The notes under the pieces are model-generated. The model made no database searches, was not told the origin of the DNA, and saw only the letters and a program-made list of their open reading frames with translations. Below are positions 60,781 through 64,000 of a DNA stretch of 64,000 nucleotides, piece by piece. Position numbers and translations under genes: made by a program. Source of the stretch: Octopus sinensis. Taxonomy: Eukaryota. The DNA lies in contig NC_042999.1 of assembly GCF_006345805.1 (NCBI RefSeq), positions 29,202,001 to 29,266,000 on the forward strand, given 5' to 3'. Position 1 is the stretch's first letter, and each line of letters starts with the position of its first letter.

Positions 60781-62702
60781 AGATGTTTGAAAAGGAAACG
60801 AAAAGTTGATATATATGGAAATAAGTCATTACATTCACATACAATCACATTCACACACAATCTCAATCACACGTGTATATATACATGTATTTATGTATTT
60901 ATACATACGTATATACGTATATGCATGTACACGTATGTATGCAAACACAACACATACTTACCAGCCCCTCCATATAGACATACATACATATGCATTCATA
61001 TATACCAATTATAAATAAGGATACATGCGCGCATACACACGCACATACATAAGTCGGAAAAGTGGGCAGGTAAATGTATGTAGTGTTAGTATACAACTAC
61101 CAGTGATTCAGACTGTATTCGTAATATGAACGGGTCCGTGTGGATGGAGCTGTTTGAGAATATTTTGAATTATTAGATGCTGCTTTGCTGTTGAGAAGGA
61201 TTTTATAAATGTGATTCATATTGATAGTTTCCATGAGAATAACATTTTATTAGAAAAAATGCTTTAAAACGGTTCTCTTTTTCTATTTCCTTTTGTTACT
61301 TTAATTTATGTGTTCCACACTCTTCTGCTATGCAATTGATTCAGTGTTAATATCGATGTAATACAAACTGGAAACTGTTCTAATCAAATATGATTATACT
61401 GTTGATAGTGATCATGTGTAACATTTTTTTTAATCATTTCTTTGTTTTCAAACATTGAGCCTTAGATTTCAATGAACTATAAATTTTCCTCTCTGTTTTT
61501 AAACTTCTAATTTATTTCGATTGCAGTTGAAATTGACACTAAATCGCCACAAATGGAAATTTTCAATCTCAAAGGAGAGAACCTCTCTAATTTTCGAAGA
61601 CCATTACATGCCTGTTGAAAAATTTACAACTTTGGTGTTACCGGTAGCTGAATATAACTTATTGGTTTCTTTGTTCATTTGCCATTAATCGTTTTTAGTT
61701 GTGCAATTTATCTGCCGACATTTGACCAATTATTTCTTTAGCCGCTTCTATATTAGGCCTTAGAGTATATTTTAAGGAAGATTATCTATTCAAATCGATG
61801 TTGTAATCAAATAGACAATGAGAAAAAAGTACGAGAATGGATTTTGGCTGCTAGATGTTAAGCATAGGGCAATATATCTGCATGACTAAATTTATTATCT
61901 ACGTAGGTGTGCTAAATGTTCAGACAAGAAATGCGTACACATGTATTTTTTGTTATATACTATCTCATTCAGAAAGTGAAGAATTCATCCTTCAGGAATT
62001 GTTCCTCAAAATTCCATGACTGGATATTGTATTCTCACTACAGTAAGAACTCTCCTTCTGCTCATCTACTAACATGGTATCTTGGAGGTCACAGCAAATT
62101 CTATGTTATCAATAGCAGAAAAAAATACTTCTTATTTATTAGTACGACCATGTTTGCATGCCAGAAGGTGTGCAGTCGATTGTACTTTGACTTAAAATAC
62201 TGCGAAAGGATATGTTTATACACTTTAATGCAATGTAATAAACGCCTGGACGAACATACTTTTACCTATCTTTGGATTATAGATGGTGTGTGCGTAGCGG
62301 TATCAACGAGAAAACACTTGCATTCTTGGATTAATAAAATGTATTATGGGTAAATGGATTCCAAAACACGATCATCAATTACATTTTCTTCGTTTCTAGT
62401 GTTAATCGGCGTTACAGTAATAAAAGTATTAAAATACGGCCCATCAAATTTCTTTCCTTTCTAGCGATATTTCCCTAAAATATGTACGTGTATGTGTGTG
62501 TTTGTGCGTCTTTTTGTTTTTATGCGTATGTGTGTGTGTCCTTGCCTGTGCACCTGTTCATATAAGTATATATGTGTATACGTTCCTTACCAATAATCTG
62601 AATGAAACAAGATTGGTATTATTTCGATGATTTGTTTGGGACCAAGAATCGCAATGCTACCCTAGGGTAATGACATGTGCATATGCAGCATATCTGAATA
62701 TA

Positions 62703-63115
62703 ATCATATACATATGCAAACATATTAGCATATACATATGCAATTATATAAGCATATACATATGCAAATATATAAGCATATACATATGCAAATATATAAG
62801 CATATACATATGCAAACATATAAGCATATACATATGCAAACATATAAGCATATACATATGCAAACATATAAGCATATACATATGCAAACATATAAGAATA
62901 TACATATGCAAATATATAAGCATATACATATGCAAACATATAAGCATATACATATGCAAACATATAAGCATATACATATGCAAACATATAAGAATATACA
63001 TATGCAAATATATAAGCATATACATATGCAAACATATAAGCATATACATATGCCAACATATAAGCATATACATATGCAAACATATAAGCATATACATATG
63101 CAAACATATATGAAT
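62703..63115. repeat. Minisatellite, 24-bp unit CATATACATATGCAAACATATAAG, about 16-17 copies
   Basis: Directly visible; generates the periodic MQTYKHIH / AYVYAYMF pseudo-ORFs. Confidence 0.97.
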
Positions 63116-63699
63116 GCATACATATACATAGGAATACATACATTCACACGCATCCAGACACATATCATATATACGTTTTTGAATTTTTCTTGCAAGATTC
63201 CTAATGTGAAATATTGTATTAAAACATATATTGTTGTATTTCGAGATGGTCACTGTACACTGAGGGAAATAACATCATCAATAAGAACAACCACGATGAG
63301 AGCAGTGTGGGTGAACACACACACACAAACATTGAGAGATATAGGAAGTGTAGTAAATTTAGGTTTCTAGAAGCAACAGCAGCGACAACGAAGTAGGGGA
63401 TGGGGAGTGGAAGATCAGAGTGCTACTGAGAAAAATGACGCACACATTTACACACGCACACACATGTACGCACATGGACACAAAGACGGACGCAAATGCA
63501 CAAATGGATAAACATCACAGAAGATAAGGATGAAATAAGCGGAAGAAGAGCAGCGCACACGGTGGCGGAAATTGTCGCTGAAGAGGTCGCAGTTGGATGA
63601 CGAATAATTTCCGGACAATGGACATGAGTTAGAATAAGATCAGTAATAAAGGAATGAGATTTGGGGTCAAAAACAAATGGCCATCCCAACGGAATACGT

Positions 63700-63915
<216 letters not shown>

Positions 63916-64000
63916 AGAGGATGCCGGTTTCTGGAGTTACCCTCACAAGGTTTTAGCGTTACGGCATATTTTCAGAACCCAGACACTGCTGGCCTAAAAA

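Noticed and set aside
61916-62353. 145-aa ORF
   Set aside because: No known motif, composition typical of random AT-rich sequence, and no splice or homology evidence.
62619-63370. Five overlapping ORFs of 147-210 aa with periodic sequence
   Set aside because: Products of the stop-free 24-bp minisatellite. The array is not a CRISPR array either, because there are no unique spacers.

Overview
AT-rich, repeat-saturated animal genomic DNA. The SINE families, Dong/R4 and Penelope content and very high microsatellite density suggest an octopod cephalopod (inference). No host protein-coding exon could be confidently identified, so the window looks intergenic or intronic, and nearly all short ORFs in the track are microsatellite or antisense artefacts. 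Contents: (i) a near full-length, GC-rich CR1-type LINE (47557-52035, minus) inserted right after the YIG motif of an older Penelope-like GIY-YIG gene; (ii) five co-oriented R4/Dong-type (RT + restriction-like endonuclease) retroelement copies packed into (TAA)n tracts at 52352-58895, plus two more at 28850-30120 and 31764-32202; (iii) decayed Tc1/mariner, hAT, Chapaev-like, Tx1 and Penelope-like elements; (iv) many tRNA-derived SINEs; (v) several large palindromic or foldback elements. The most interesting signal is RNA-level. A complete minimal type I hammerhead ribozyme lies at 33903-33945 inside an inverted-repeat-bounded non-coding element. A recurring cassette (9230-9712, 16855-17390, remnant at 58965-59085) has a Pol III tRNA-like head flanked by inverted copies of a tail whose consensus folds as a Penelope-type minimal hammerhead. 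All coordinates and alignments were read by eye; boundaries of old elements are approximate.
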